A stretch of DNA of 52,281 nt. Source: Chiloscyllium plagiosum. Its lineage: Eukaryota. The stretch covers positions 96,378,686-96,430,966 of the forward strand of contig NC_057718.1 in NCBI RefSeq assembly GCF_004010195.1, read 5' to 3'. The translations under genes were made by a program, and so were the position numbers. Under the pieces are notes generated by a model, which saw nothing but the letters and a program-made list of their open reading frames with translations, was not told the DNA's origin and searched no databases. Of this stretch, positions 1 through 12,967 are shown in pieces. Position 1 is the stretch's first letter. Every line of letters begins with the position of its first letter.

Positions 1-1017
1 TCCACCTCCTGATGCTGCCTGGCTTGCTGTGTTCTTCCAGCCTCCTGCCTGTCTACTTTGACTTTCTCTGACTAGTAGACTACACCGCAAAAACTGAGCA
101 ATCACTGCCACTTGACCACTCTCTGAGCCAACCCGATTCCCACGGTGTCCTGTCTTCCTTCTCACCCATCTCATCAGATTGCCCACTCCCCCACCTCAGA
201 TGCCTGGCCCCTTACACACTCGCCTCTCCTTCCTAACTCTCTCATCTTCCCAACACATCCCCATCCATCGACCACTCTTCCTATGACCACCTGACCCAGC
301 CTAGTCATGTACCAATTGCCCAGATAATCATTCACCCACATCCAGTCACTGCTTCAGCTATTTATGTATTCATTAACATTGGGATTAGACCCTTCATCCC
401 ACCCAGTCGGTGCTGTACGAAGCGGGTATGTCTTGTCATCTCCTGAGCGGAATCAATTGCTACAGGGTTTACTTAGGAACACCATTTTTGTGACAGTAGC
501 ATCAGGAGATCCCAGAAAAAGCACACAGCAGCATCAGGTTTTGTGGGGAAATTTTGAGGGCAGCAGCATTGATTGAGGAATCAGACCTGACTGCCTCCCA
601 ATCATTGTTACTGTGCTGTCATCCCATCCATTCAGCTCCTTGCCTTTCCCAAGGTGGGCACAATATACAATGGAGAGTCATGGAGTCATAGGATTTTTAC
701 AGTAGGCAAAGAGGCCCTTCGGCCCATCATGTCCATGACAGCAACCATTCAACATATTTGATTTTCCTGCATTTGGCCTTTAACCCTGTCTGCTATTACA
801 TTTTAATTGAGATGATCTTATTTTTATTTCTCTTGAGGTGTTAGCACAGGTGGTAAGGGAAGCATTTTTGTTGCCCTCGCAAAAGGGGTCCTGGGAGTTC
901 TCCAACTGCTTAGTCTGCTCCGTCCAGGTGCTCCCATGACATTGTTGTTGGCAGCTTCAGCATTTTGACCTACTGACACCATTGGAACAACCAAGTCCTT
1001 TTAGTGTTTGTCTAGGT

Positions 1018-1680
1018 GGAGAAAGTGAGGACTGCAGATGCTGGAGATTAGAGCTGAAAATGTGTTGCTGGAAAAGCGCAGCAGGTCAGGCAGCATCCAA
1101 GGAGCAGGAGAATCGACGTTTCGGGCATGAGCCCTTCTTCAGGAATGAGGAAAGTGTGTCCAGCAGGCTAAGATAAAAGGTAGGGAGGAGGGACCTGGGG
1201 GAGGGGCGTTGGGAATGCGATAGGTAGAGGGAGGTCAAGGTGAGGGTGATAGGCCGGAGTGGGGGTGGGGGCAGAGAGGTCAGGAAGAGGATTGCAGGTT
1301 AGGAAGGTGGTGCTGAGTTCGAGGGATTTGACTGAGACAAGGTGGGGGGGAGGGGAAATGAGGAAACTGGAGAAATCTGACTTCATCCCTTGTAGTTGGA
1401 GGGTTCCTAGGCGGAAGATGAGGCGCTCTTCCTCCAACCGTCGTGTTGCTATGGTCTGGCGATGGAGGAGTCCAAGGACCTGCATGTCTTTGGTGGAGTG
1501 GGAGGGGGAGTTGAAGTGTTGAGCCACAGGGTGGTTGGGTTGGTTGGTCCGGGTGTCCCAGAGGCGTTCTCTGAAACGTTCCGCAAGTAGGCGGCTTGTC
1601 TCCCCAATATAGAGGAGGCCACATCGGGTGCAGCGGATGCAATAAATGATGTGTGTGGAGGTGCAGGTGAATGTTTGTCG
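1018..1680 (-). mobile_element. Penelope-like element family A, 5'-truncated: GIY-YIG endonuclease C-terminus plus 3' terminal repeat
   Basis: The minus ORF contains IIYCIRCTRCGLLYIGETSRLLAERFRE...VAQHFNSPSH...RRLEEERLIFRLGTL, a PLE GIY-YIG motif with a CxxC insert. Flanked by a 15-bp near-perfect direct repeat tgtttgtc(t/g)aggtgg at 1005-1019 and 1672-1686. Confidence 0.9.
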
Positions 1681-2620
1681 AGGTGGGCAACTCGAGGGCA
1701 ACAGCGTTTGCATGCTACTGATGTCCTCCTCTTTAAAATACTGGAGATCTTCAGAGGCAGAACCAAGAGTCGCCTCCATGATTTGCTGCAGTTCAATGAT
1801 ATACACAGGGCACAGTGCAACCACAGTGCCCCAGTGCTGTCAGGAATGGCTATTCAACATCTTAGGCTGTTTACCAAGTAGACTTCTAGATCCTGGCTGA
1901 TGTCAATATTTCTACCTGTTGTTCTAGCTGCAACTTTCCACAGGGTTAACTAAATTGGAGAGCAAGAGTTTTTTCTTTCCTCTCCGTCCTTCTCCAGCTC
2001 CTAAACGAGATTATGACACGTTCAGAATATGGTGAACATCACATGGTGATGACATGTCATGTGACTACACTGCTTAACTTCTCCAACACGGTGTAGCACC
2101 CCAGCATGAGCTTCTCTGGCACGCAGTATATGACAGCTGCTGAAATATATTTGCCAGAGTTGATGACGTAAGGAATTAACATGGTATGGAACATTCGCTG
2201 AGTCTCTAACTTGACTGCAATTAAAAGATATTACACTGAGTTTACTTTGGAACTAGCACCATCACGTTGACACAGCAAGCAGGTCTGTTTTTTTTTTACA
2301 TTCAGTTGCAACTCCAAATCGAGTGAGTGTTGCTATGCACAGTTTTGGTCTAATGGCACCATTTTGTAGCTTCGAGAGTGGACAAGATTTCCACGTGAAG
2401 GTAGCTCTCCTAGAATGCTGTAGTTGCTTTCCAGTGAAACCTCGCTTAATAGAAAATTGCTGAAGAGAAATAATGGGGCCTACAGGAAAAGCAGGGTTGG
2501 GGGCAGACCATCCACAAATGTTTAATGTTTGGGATGAAGGTGCTCACTGTATAGTACAGTACCTCTTACATGCTCTGTTGGCAGCTGACATCACTGCATG
2601 TGCAGAACAAAATGTGTGAA

Positions 2621-3347
2621 ACAATAGACAATAGACAATAGACAATAGGTGCAGGAGTAGGCCATTCTGCCCTTCGAGCCTGCACCACCATTCAATATGA
2701 TCATGCTTGATCATCCTTAATCAGTATCCTGTTCCTGCCTTATCTCCATAACCCTTGATTCCACAATCCTTGAGAGCTCTATCCAACTCTTTCTTAAATG
2801 AATCCAGAGACTGGGCCTCCACTGCCCTCTGGGGCAGAGCATTCCACACAGCCACCACTCTCTGGGTGAAGAAGTTTCTACTCATCTCTGTCCTAAATGG
2901 TCTACCCCATATTTGTAAAACTGCACACAGTACTCCAGGTGTTGTCTCACCAGGGCCCTGTACAGCTGCAGAAGCACCTCTTTGCTTCTATACTCAATCC
3001 TCTTGTTATGAAGGCCAGCATGCTATTAGCCTTCTTCAGTACCTGTTGTACCTGCATGCTTACCTTCATTGACTGGTGTACAAGAACACCCAGGTCTCTC
3101 TGTACTGCCCCTTTACCTAAATTGATTCCATTTAGGTAGTAATCTGCCTTCCTGTTCTTGCCACCAAAGTAGATAACCATACATTTATCCACATTAAACT
3201 GCATCTGCCATGCATCTAACCACCCTCCTAACCTGTCCAGGTCACCCTGTAATCTAACATCCTCTTCACATTTCACCCTGCCACCCAGCTTAGTATCATC
3301 AGCAAATTTGCTAATGTTATTATTAATACCATCTTCTATATCATTAA
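2621..3347 (-). mobile_element. CR1/HER1-like LINE 3' fragment with internal deletion
   Basis: Minus translation ISKFADDTKLGG...LQGDLDRL...WQMQFNVDKC matches the CR1 RT C-terminus; (acaatag)n tail at 2621-2648; segment missing near 2915 relative to the copy at 22686. Confidence 0.92.
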
Positions 3348-3664
3348 TTGCCACTGGAATCGTGCTATTGCCAACAGGGGTAAGTGTTCTCAAAACTACC
3401 GTTCCATAATTCTTCAGCAATGTTATAGCCAAATCGCACCGCCAAAACACCCTTTATACAAAAGCTACCTGTCATGTTATTAAGCAAGTAGTGTTCAGCA
3501 TTATGCAAATTACAGGTAGCCCTTGACCACCATGGTTTTTGCCTTGCTACTTATGATTTCAGAAACATGTGCCTGATTTGTGATGACACACTTCTCACAT
3601 GGTTGATTCAAAGACAGCACTCCTGAGCAAGTTTCTCCTTGTTCAGCTCTTTTTGGATATTGCC

Positions 3665-3797
3665 GAGAGTGTGGTGCTGGAAAACCACAGCAGGTCAGGC
3701 AGCATCAGAGGCGCAGGAGAATCGACATTTCGGGAAAAGCCCTTCCAGCATCACACTCTCAACTCTAATCTCCAGCATCTGCAGTCCTCACTTTCAC
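3665..3797. mobile_element. Short palindromic PLE-terminus derivative (family A-related)
   Basis: Inverted arms gagagtgtggtgctggaa / ttccagcatcacactctc; TSD ctctttttgg(a/c)tattgcc at 3647-3664 and 3798-3815. Confidence 0.8.
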
Positions 3798-4230
3798 CTC
3801 TTTTTGGCTATTGCCTGCCTAAATAAGGGCTGGAGAACTGACCCCAATGGCAAGTAAACCTCCCCCTCCAAAGCGGCAGAAGATTACCCTGGTAATCCTC
3901 AACCTTTTCAGCTTCCAGTGTTGTGGATACCATGGATGAAAACTCATGGACTAAAAAAATCCCAATTCCAGAGATTACATCTCAGAACCTCCCACCTCCA
4001 GATAAGCAAATGTTCCTGAAGCAAGAAGCAGTCAAAGGAATTTAATGTTGCATATTTTCATGTCGATTTTGCTGACGTTCTTATGAACTTTATGCTTGTA
4101 TTTTGTACTTCTGTATAGGATTGTAACGCAATCATTTGCACAGCTTCCAATGAGAAGACATGTTTTCAGTAACACGGTGGTTTTCAGAATGTAACTACTG
4201 TATTGATCAAGGATCAATTATATTCACTTG

Positions 4231-4725
4231 TAGAGTCATACAGTCATAGAGTCACAGAGGTCTACAGCATAGAAACAGGCGTTTTGGCCCAACTTTCCCA
4301 TGCCATCCAATTTTCACAACTCAAACGAGTTCCTGCGTTTTGGCCGAGATCCCTCCTTTAGCTATTCCATCTGTGTACCTGTCTAAATGTTTCTTCAATG
4401 ATGGAACTGTGCTCACTTCCACCATTATCTCTTGCAGCCCATTCCAGACACTCCCCATGCTCTGTGTGAAAAAATTGCCCCTCTGGATCCTTTTACATCT
4501 CTACCCTCTCACCTTCAACCTGTGCCCTCTAGTTTTAGACTCCCCTATCCTGGGGAAAAGCTGTCAGTTAGCTATGCCTCTCATGATTTTATAGACCTCT
4601 GTCAGGACACTCCTCAGTCTCCTACACTCCAGGGGACAAACAATCCCAGTCTATCCTCTCTTTATGACTCGAACCTTTCAGTCCAGTTAGCATCCTAGTA
4701 AATATTTCCTCCATTCTTTCTAGTT
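4231..4725 (-). mobile_element. CR1-like LINE 3' end
   Basis: (catagagt)-type tail and typical CR1 3' sequence (gtgtgaaaaaattgccc, ctcaccttcaacctgtgccctctagttttagactccc). Confidence 0.8.
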
Positions 4726-4911
4726 TAGATTTGATTGGATTTTTTGTTGCTGCATTAAAAATATAGCCAAATGCCATTAAGGGTGACATCTTGAGTAGCC
4801 TTTATTAGTGAGTTCAACTTGACTTTTAATGACTAATTTCAGGATAGCATTCTCCCATAGACCTCAAAACGATCACTCTCTTTCTCTCTCTCCACAGATT
4901 TCATTTTCATT

Positions 4912-5043
4912 TCATAGATTCCCTACAGTGTGGAAATAGACCCTTCACCCAACAAGTCCACAATGACCCTCTGAAGAGTAACCCATCCAGACCCATTCCC
5001 CTACTGCTCTACATTTACCCCTGACGATTGCAGCTAACCTACA
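4912..5043 (-). mobile_element. HE1 SINE 3' part
   Basis: atagattccctacagtgtggaaa...cccaacaagtccac, shared with the fuller copies in this window. Confidence 0.75.
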
Positions 5044-7030
5044 GAATTCCTCCAGCATTCTTTGTGCTTGTCTCTCAGCTTCTGTCCTGCAAAGCCTTAG
5101 AGAAGAGATAGATGAGAAGGGATTTGAGCATGGTATTCAAACTGCTGGATGTATCACATGAGGTATCTGGACAGATCCAGGCGGTGACGGAGGACTCAGG
5201 AAAGGAGCAAGAAAGCAAAGTCACAGAAAGAAGGCAATTAGCAAAATAAACCCTGGCATCAAGTCACCATTCTGAGCGGAAAGGCTCTGGAATGCACTAC
5301 CTGAGATTTTAATGGCCGTTAGGTTCAATTAAAGCATTCAAGAGGAACTTAAGGTGTTATCTGGAAAGGAAGGATATTGAGGTGAGAGAGAGAAAGTATG
5401 GGGGTGGCACGAGGCAAATTGCTTCCTCAGAGAGCTAGCACAGACACGATAAGGTTGAATGGCCACCTACCACGTTATAACTGTTTCGTGAGTCTATTAT
5501 TGCATTTTAACTGGCTGTAAGCATTTTACCTATTTCCAGTGAGGTACCTCTTACTTATTTAAACTCTGGAGAACGTGGACCTATTTTCTTCAATCTTTCC
5601 CCATGGAATGCCACTTTAATCACAGAACAGCCCTTCATTGCACCCTCACCTCATGAGTCTTTCCTTCCCCTTAGCAAGGAGACCAAAACTAAAGATAGGT
5701 TGGTCAGATATAAAGAGCCGCGCTTGACGACATGCAGGAGTATGTGGAGTAGCTGCAACATCTCTGGAGTAAATTGAAGTAAGTATTAAAAACCAAACAA
5801 ACATCCAAAAGTGTAAAATAATTAGTGAAAGCATAGGTCAATGAAGAGTAAGAGAAACTGTAAAATAAAGTAGAAATTTAAAGTTTTAGAAATTAGCTTT
5901 AAACTGCACAGGCACGGTCGTCATTTATGATTGTATTATTGGTGTCAGCAGACCGTTTGTAAAAATATGTGGTTCGCGTTTTCAGTATACTTAAGGAGGC
6001 CGTCCCATTCCAAAAATGGTAGCAATCTAGCAGGCATGGAAAAATCCCTCAATCCTCCCCCTGACTGGCTTTTTTTAACAAGTTGCCCAACCCATCCACT
6101 GGGATGAAATCCCACTCTAAATAACGGGGGACTCTCATCGCTTCTGGCCAGCTTAAAGATGGAAAAGATTGATCAAATGCTCATAGAAGGCTAATTGAAG
6201 TAGCAGAGAAAGAAGGAAGGCCACTTCTACCTGCTGGGATCATTACTGCTGGGCCCAATCGAGTTATGGTCTTTGAAAGGAAAGGAAGTCAGAGAGATTA
6301 GAAAACACAAAGTAAAATCCAAGGGGGAGCGTTTGCCAACAGTTAGCAGAAGATATAATGCACATGTTCATTTGCGAAATTACTAACTGTGTAAAAATGG
6401 AGGGTAATCCTTTCTTTTCTTAGTTCAAAACAGCATAAATAAAAGTGCTCTGTCCATATTTCCCTTACATAATCTTTTTAACAGTGGAACTATAGGGAAG
6501 GTTGACATTTTTCCAGATGCGTATAAAGAGGAACAATTTTGTTAATGCTTTATGAATTCTTCTATTCATGTAAAAGGTTACATCTGTGCTGTTGCTCCCA
6601 TTAACTACCTTGTGTTGAAAAGAGTTACAGTAATTTTATTAAATTACAATACAGATGCCATGAATCATATTGAATGAGGTCAGGCAGCATAATTTATTCT
6701 CCTATGAGGTAGTCAATAATAAGAAATTAAACACAGCTGCCTCCTTTAAGGTTTCACATATTTTAATTATAAATCATGTTTTTGTTCTTACAGAAAATTA
6801 ATAGCACAAAGAGCCTGATCTCAAAATCACGAATCGACAGATTAAAGCTCTGGCAGTTTGAAAGATTTGGGTTAGAGCTTAACACTTGGCTCAGAGGGTT
6901 CAACATGAACTTTCCTTTGTTGGTGGTTAGCTTCAGGATGACACCATAGGCTGAGCGCACGGCCTTGAAATTCAGGCTCACATGATGTCATTCATCATAG
7001 AGAGAGAGGAAAGAGACGTCATCATCAGGC

Positions 7031-7517
7031 ACTCACTCACACACTCACTCTCTCTCTCACACACACATACGCTCACAGGCGCACACACTCACATACACAC
7101 AATTTACACACACACACCCACACACACACTCACCCTCATTCACACACACACACACTCGCACACACATTCACACATACACACTCACATGCACACACTCGCA
7201 TAAACATGCACATACACACACAAGCACTCACACACACACTTGTACACACACACCTGCACACACAAACACACACATACTCACACACACTCGTATACACACA
7301 CATGTATGCACAAACTCACTCATGCACACACTCCCGCACACACACATGTGCACATATACACATAAGCACACATATACATGTGCGCACATTCACACACCCA
7401 CACACACACATACACACATGCATATACACATTCACACATCCACACACACACATACAAGCATAAACACACACACACACACATCCACACATACACACACACG
7501 CACACACGCACACACAT
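7031..7517. repeat. Degenerate (CA)n/(CACAT) microsatellite tract
   Basis: About 490 bp of imperfect CA dinucleotide repeat. Confidence 0.95.
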
Positions 7518-7522
7518 GCTTC

Positions 7523-7810
7523 CTTTAGCCTTGGGTGACTCTCTGTTGGAGTGTGCACATTCTCTCTGTGTCTGCGTGCATTTTACCCCGGCACTCTGGT
7601 TTCCTCCCACAGTCCAAACATGTACATGTTAAGGTGGATTGGCCATGGAGAGTTGTCCCTTTGTGTCCGGGAATGTGCAGGCTAGATGGATTAGCTCTGA
7701 AAAATGCAGGGTTTCCAGGATAGGGGAGTAGGGTGGGTCTGGGTAGGCTGTTCTTCGAAGGATCAGTGTAAACTCAATGGGCCGAATAACCTGCTTCCAT
7801 AATGTAGGGA
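7523..7810 (+). mobile_element. HE1 / V-SINE, 5'-truncated
   Basis: V-domain core ggagtgtgcacattctc...ggtttcctcccacagtccaaa followed by a LINE-derived tail. Confidence 0.85.
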
Positions 7811-7915
7811 CTCGATGATGATACTACTGCTCCACCCCTGTCGTCACAGTTGAAAAAATTATAGGAAGGTACAGAACATCGCATGGCCATGATGTGTGCA
7901 GTCCAAGAAAATGAA

Positions 7916-8245
7916 GATTTGCATTTATATAGCAACTTTGTGTGAGCATGGGGCATTTCAAAGCAGCTTTCCACCAAAGATGCATTTTTGAGGTGTGGTC
8001 ATTGGTGTCACGTAGGGAAGCATTGGCTGATGTTGAATGCAGTTAACTCCGACAGGCATTAATTTGATAATGACCAGATATGCAGTTTGTTTGTGTGCAT
8101 GATGAATAAGGAATAAATATAGGCCTGGCTCTGGGATAACTCCCATGCTGCTCCTCACAATTGCGCTATGGGATTATATTTTTATATCTGCCCAGCAAGG
8201 GCATTAATGAAACACCTCATCCAAAGAATGGCAGTTCTAACAGCA
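7916..8245 (-). mobile_element. Deu-domain SINE (SacSINE1-like), decayed
   Basis: Reverse complement of the Deu-SINE 3' end (ttgcatttatatagc) and of the central motif (aataaatataggcc...ctcccatgctgctcctc); homologous to 36675-37100. Confidence 0.7.
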
Positions 8246-8596
8246 TTGAATCACAATAACTAAGGGAGTAAAGTTATGTATTACAACTTGTAAACGAAGC
8301 AGGCTGCTACAAAAAGTAGGGTTAAGGCAAGAGATATTGAGCTGGTAGTACGGGTTTCTGATGGAATGAGCTGGGTGAATGGCTTGTATTAAAGGCTCAA
8401 GCATAAAGTGTTAGACTGAGATTGCTCAGAGGATTCCGAATCTTTGGAATTCTGTAACCCAGAAAGTTGTGGAAGCTCAACCCCTGTGGATATTCAAGAC
8501 AGGGATTGCTGACTATTTGGGTGCTATGGAAGATAAGGGACATGGGGGTCATGCAGGATTTTGGGATTGTTCACGAAAATGATTGTTTCTTGTGTT

Positions 8597-9058
8597 GGAA
8601 CAAAGAGAACAAAGAAAATTTACAGCCCAGGAACAGGCCCTTCAGCTCTCCAAGCCTGGGCCAATCCAAATCCACTGTCACCCAATTCCTAAGCATCTGT
8701 ATCCGTCTGCTCCCCACCTACTCATGCATTTGTCCAGACGCATCTTAAATAAATCTGCTGTGCCTGCCTGCCTCTACTACTACTGCTGGCAACACATTCC
8801 AGACACCTACCACTCTCTGTGTAAAATACTTGCCGCGTGTATCCCCCTTAAACCTTTCACCTCTCACCTTGAAAATGTGACCTCTCGTTATTGAATCCTT
8901 TGCCCTGGGAAAAAGCTTGTCTCTATCTACCCTGTCTATACAATAGACAATAGACAATAGGTGCAGGAGTAGGCCATTCTGCCCTTCGAGCCTGCACCAC
9001 CATTCAATATGATCATGGCTGATCATCCTTAATCAGTATTCATGATTTTGTAGACCTT
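8597..9058 (-). mobile_element. CR1-like LINE 3' end with a nested fragment of a second CR1 family (~8939-9038)
   Basis: Minus translation DRVDRDKLFP...TRGHIFKVRGERFKGDTRGKYFTQRVVGVWNVLP; the embedded (acaatag)n-tailed fragment is nearly identical to 2621-2727. Confidence 0.85.
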
Positions 9059-9304
9059 GTTGCTTCTTATTGCTGTTCTTATTGCTTCAAGTACAGAAGG
9101 ATATAATTGTGGTCTTCCTTTCTGTGCCCCTTCTTTGCTGCTGTAACTTGCTCTGTTCAATCACCCTATGATCTTTGTGTCTTTGCATGTTATGATCTGC
9201 TGTACTGCACGCAAAACAAAACTTTTCACTGTATGTAGGTACACGTGACTATAATAAATCAAATCAAATCAAGAACGAGCTATTTAAGTTATTAAGAGCA
9301 AATT

Positions 9305-9502
9305 TAAAAATCGCACAACACCAGGTTATAGTCCAGCAGGTTTATTTGGAAGCACTAGCTTTCGGAGCGCTGTTCCAATCACCTGATGAAGGGGCAGAGT
9401 TTTGAAAGTTAGTGCTTCCAATTAAACCTGTTGGACTATAACCTGGTGTTGTGTGATTTTTAACTTTGTCCACCCCAGTCCAACACCGGCATCTCCAAAT
9501 CA
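9305..9502. mobile_element. Palindromic PLE-terminus derivative (family B)
   Basis: Inverted arms cacaacaccaggttatagtcc / ggactataacctggtgttgtg; TSD taa(g/a)agcaaatt at 9293-9304 and 9503-9514. Confidence 0.85.
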
Positions 9503-10037
9503 TAAAAGCAAATTGGCAGGGTAGATACAAAGAAACTTGCATCTGGTCAAGAATCAAGAATGAGGGACGATAATATTCAAATCAAATTATGCCATTAAGA
9601 GAGAAGCCAGGAAGTATATTTTTCACACACATAGTAGCAATTTAGCATTTTCTGTACAATGTGTTGTGGATGCTGGGGACAGTCACACCTTTTAAGAGCA
9701 AGATTTGTCAGACAATAGGATTTAAGGTGGGTGAATCATAGTTAAGGTACAAATCAGCCTTAAACTGATTGAACAGTGAAGACTATTTGAGGTGATGATG
9801 TAGTCCTCTTGTCCTTGGGTGTCTGTGTCATGAGAGGCCAAACAGGCTCCTCTGTGCATTAATGCCTCGCAAACTCTCGAACCAAATCTTCACATGTAGT
9901 CTTCTCATCATTCAAACACTCCCAAGCTGTGGATGTATCCCTCATTCCTGTGATCGGGGTGGGAGGGTTCCTCAAAGAGAGGAGAGTACTTGCCAAGGAT
10001 GTCACAAGAGCCTGTGTGTGTGGGCCTATTAATATGG

Positions 10038-10155
10038 GGAGGAGAAAGTGAGGATTGCAGATCCTGGAGATCAGAGCTGAAAATGTGTGGCTGGAAAAGT
10101 GCAGCAGGTCAGGCAGCATCCAAGGAACAGGAGAATCGACGTTTCGGGCATGAGC
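10038..10155 (-). mobile_element. PLE family A terminal fragment
   Basis: Near-identical to 1018-1132. Confidence 0.85.
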
Positions 10156-11439
10156 AGCAATTATCCAATGGTGGGAGACAGTCCTGCGTTTACACCCCGC
10201 TACATCGGAAGGATATGGAGGCTGTTAATCAAGCTGTTTAGCATTATGGTGTGAATCAACATTATATACACTCCTGCTCATGGCTATTGTAAGTTCAATC
10301 CTCACCATAGTTCCTGATAGTGTAAGATCCTGTGTGGTTGAGTTGCCACGACCATCCTCTGTCCTGATAGGGATCTATGGGGTCTACTTGGTCCAGTGTG
10401 GTGGAGGAAAGCTTCCTGATAGTCTAATGAGAAGAGATGTGTGTCTTAAAAGAGATGTTACTTGTTGCAACATAGTAATAAGGTACAGATTACAGCCGTA
10501 TGATGGCCATTGTGACAGAGACAGCAAAGAAAGCCTCATTATTCAATCTTATTCCTTTGAGATCCTAAGCTGTTCCCCTGTCTGAATCCATATGGCATCA
10601 CCAAACTAGGTAGTGCTTAATACACTCCTCAATATTAACCCTGTCAAGCCCTAAGTCCTTATAAAATATGTTTCCCTCCCCCCATATTCCTTCTCCCATT
10701 ATTAACACAATACATTGTGTACGTAATTACATTTAACACTAACCCATTTTCTCCCAAGTGTCTGATTTCACACATCCATGTGGTCTGTCGATTTCACTAT
10801 TCTCTCTAGAACACATCCTCTTCCAACTTGGAAGGTCACTGAAATGACTTTGACTTTTTTCCAGACAATATGAGATCTGTGGATCCCTTTAAAATAGAGG
10901 ATATTTAATCTCTTGGATTTCTTTCACGGGGGCATATTTTTTCTGCTGAAATCGACAATTGCTCCCCTGCAACATTGGAAAAGCTTTAATTTCGTCAGAG
11001 ATTCCTTCGTGGCAGATGGTTCTCCTGATGGAACAGGCGCTTTGGCTTTTGGCACTATCTTGGATCTTTGATTTTTTTTTTTTTGGCAGTCTTTGAGCAA
11101 GGTAGTTTCTTGTTGACTCTGTCCTGAATCTGTGAGCAACGATTGTCTTATTTCAGGGGTGATTTCCGCTAAGTTGTATGAACAACACCCTCAATTTGTG
11201 GGAGCACATTTTTATTCTCAATGGTCTATGGAATCTTTCACTTCAGCTTTTTGATTACATTAAATGCTTTCACTAAATCACAGTGATTTGTGTCAGGGAT
11301 GAAATCAACGCAAACATTTCCTCAGGTGTACTTCTTAGGAATGATTTCTTTGACGCGATCATTATTACTGGTACTAATGCCGCAAAGGTACAGGAATAAA
11401 ATATCTTTTTTGAGTTAGCATCTTCTCAACATCTGACAT

Positions 11440-11963
11440 CAAACTAAGCAAATGCAGCATGTCCAAAAAGACTCTTAGAAATTTTGATAGCTGCATCATA
11501 GTAAACATGCAATCTGGATGCATCACAGCGTGGTACGGTAACTTCCCTTCCCAAGACTGCAAGAAGTTGTGACCACAGCCCAGTCCATTATGCAAACCAT
11601 TCTCCCATCCATTCGCTTCATCTATACCTCCCACTGCCTCGGGTAAACAACCAACGAAATCAAAGATCCTGCTCACCCCAGTCACATTCGCTTCCACCGT
11701 CTTCTCTCGTGCAGAAGGCATAAACGTTTGAATACACGTACGAACATATTCAAGAATGGCTTCGTCCCCACTGTTTAACAGACTTTTGAATAGACTATTT
11801 TAATGCTGATGTTGATCTCTCTTTGCACCTTCTCAGCAACTGTCCAGCACTGAGTTTGGTTGCCCTGATACACTCGTATGGTATAGTCTGCCTGTAAAAC
11901 GCGTAAAACAACAGTTTTCACTGTACCTTGTTACACATGACCATAATAAATCAAATCAAATCA
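11440..11963 (+). mobile_element. Rex1/Babar-like LINE 3' end
   Basis: Decayed SGCITAWYGN...DCKKL motif and aataaatcaaatcaaatc tail; homologous to 38580-39510 (-) and 9120-9272 (+). Confidence 0.75.
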
Positions 11964-12229
11964 ATGTGTTTACCAAGCTGTATTGCAGTCTGAATTACAT
12001 CAGTTGAGGATTAATCAATGAGCTCAAGTGAGATACACTTCTCATTTACTATCGCAGCATTTGCATTTCCTCACAAACTTGGCAGATTCTGATAGACGGA
12101 ACTCCTCTGTGTGTTGATAGGATGGAAAACAGTTTTGCCAAACCTGTATAGCTACAGATTTTCAACTTGCTAACAGTAAGAAACATATTTCTAGGGAAAC
12201 ATAACTATTTTCAATGGATTTCGTCTTCT

Positions 12230-12925
12230 NNNNNNNNNNNNNNNNNNNNNNNNNNNNNNNNNNNNNNNNNNNNNNNNNNNNNNNNNNNNNNNNNNNNNNN
12301 NNNNNNNNNNNNNNNNNNNNNNNNNNNNNNNNNNNNNNNNNNNNNNNNNNNNNNNNNNNNNNNNNNNNNNNNNNNNNNNNNNNNNNNNNNNNNNNNNNNN
12401 NNNNNNNNNNNNNNNNNNNNNNNNNNNNNNNNNNNNNNNNNNNNNNNNNNNNNNNNNNNNNNNNNNNNNNNNNNNNNNNNNNNNNNNNNNNNNNNNNNNN
12501 NNNNNNNNNNNNNNNNNNNNNNNNNNNNNNNNNNNNNNNNNNNNNNNNNNNNNNNNNNNNNNNNNNNNNNNNNNNNNNNNNNNNNNNNNNNNNNNNNNNN
12601 NNNNNNNNNNNNNNNNNNNNNNNNNNNNNNNNNNNNNNNNNNNNNNNNNNNNNNNNNNNNNNNNNNNNNNNNNNNNNNNNNNNNNNNNNNNNNNNNNNNN
12701 NNNNNNNNNNNNNNNNNNNNNNNNNNNNNACACACTTGCACACATGCACTCCACATATACATATGCACAGGCAGACACACACTCATGCACTCACACACAC
12801 ATTCATACAATACACTTGCATGCATACACACATGCACTCCACATATATAAATGCACACATATACATACACAGGCACACAAATGCATACACTCAGATGCAC
12901 ACTTACAAGCACTCATACACGTGCA
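12230..12925. repeat. Assembly gap (12230-12729) followed by a degenerate (CA)n tract
   Basis: 500 N, then imperfect CA repeat. Confidence 0.95.
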
Positions 12926-12967
12926 CAAAAATGGCAATTTCATGCCTAAACAATGTCAACAATATTT

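Noticed and set aside
982..1176. Recurring CCWKSAAGQAASKEQENRRF ORFs as a peptide family or CRISPR-like repeat
   Set aside because: Antisense translation of dispersed PLE termini; irregular spacing, eukaryotic context, no cas genes.
1168..1824. 218-aa ORF as a host GIY-YIG gene
   Set aside because: Chance read-through from flanking DNA into a 5'-truncated PLE bounded by a TSD; no RT domain present.
5650..5763. Minus-strand exon candidate with canonical splice sites
   Set aside because: Its 3' half is a decayed CR1 remnant (ggagaccaaaact) and the peptide is unrecognisable.
6982..7632. His/Thr- and Cys/Val-rich ORFs
   Set aside because: Translations of (CA)n/(TG)n microsatellite.
10380..10510. 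SLDYQEAF as a non-LTR RT motif
   Set aside because: Only a short match that needs frameshifts; no downstream QG or YxDD motif found.
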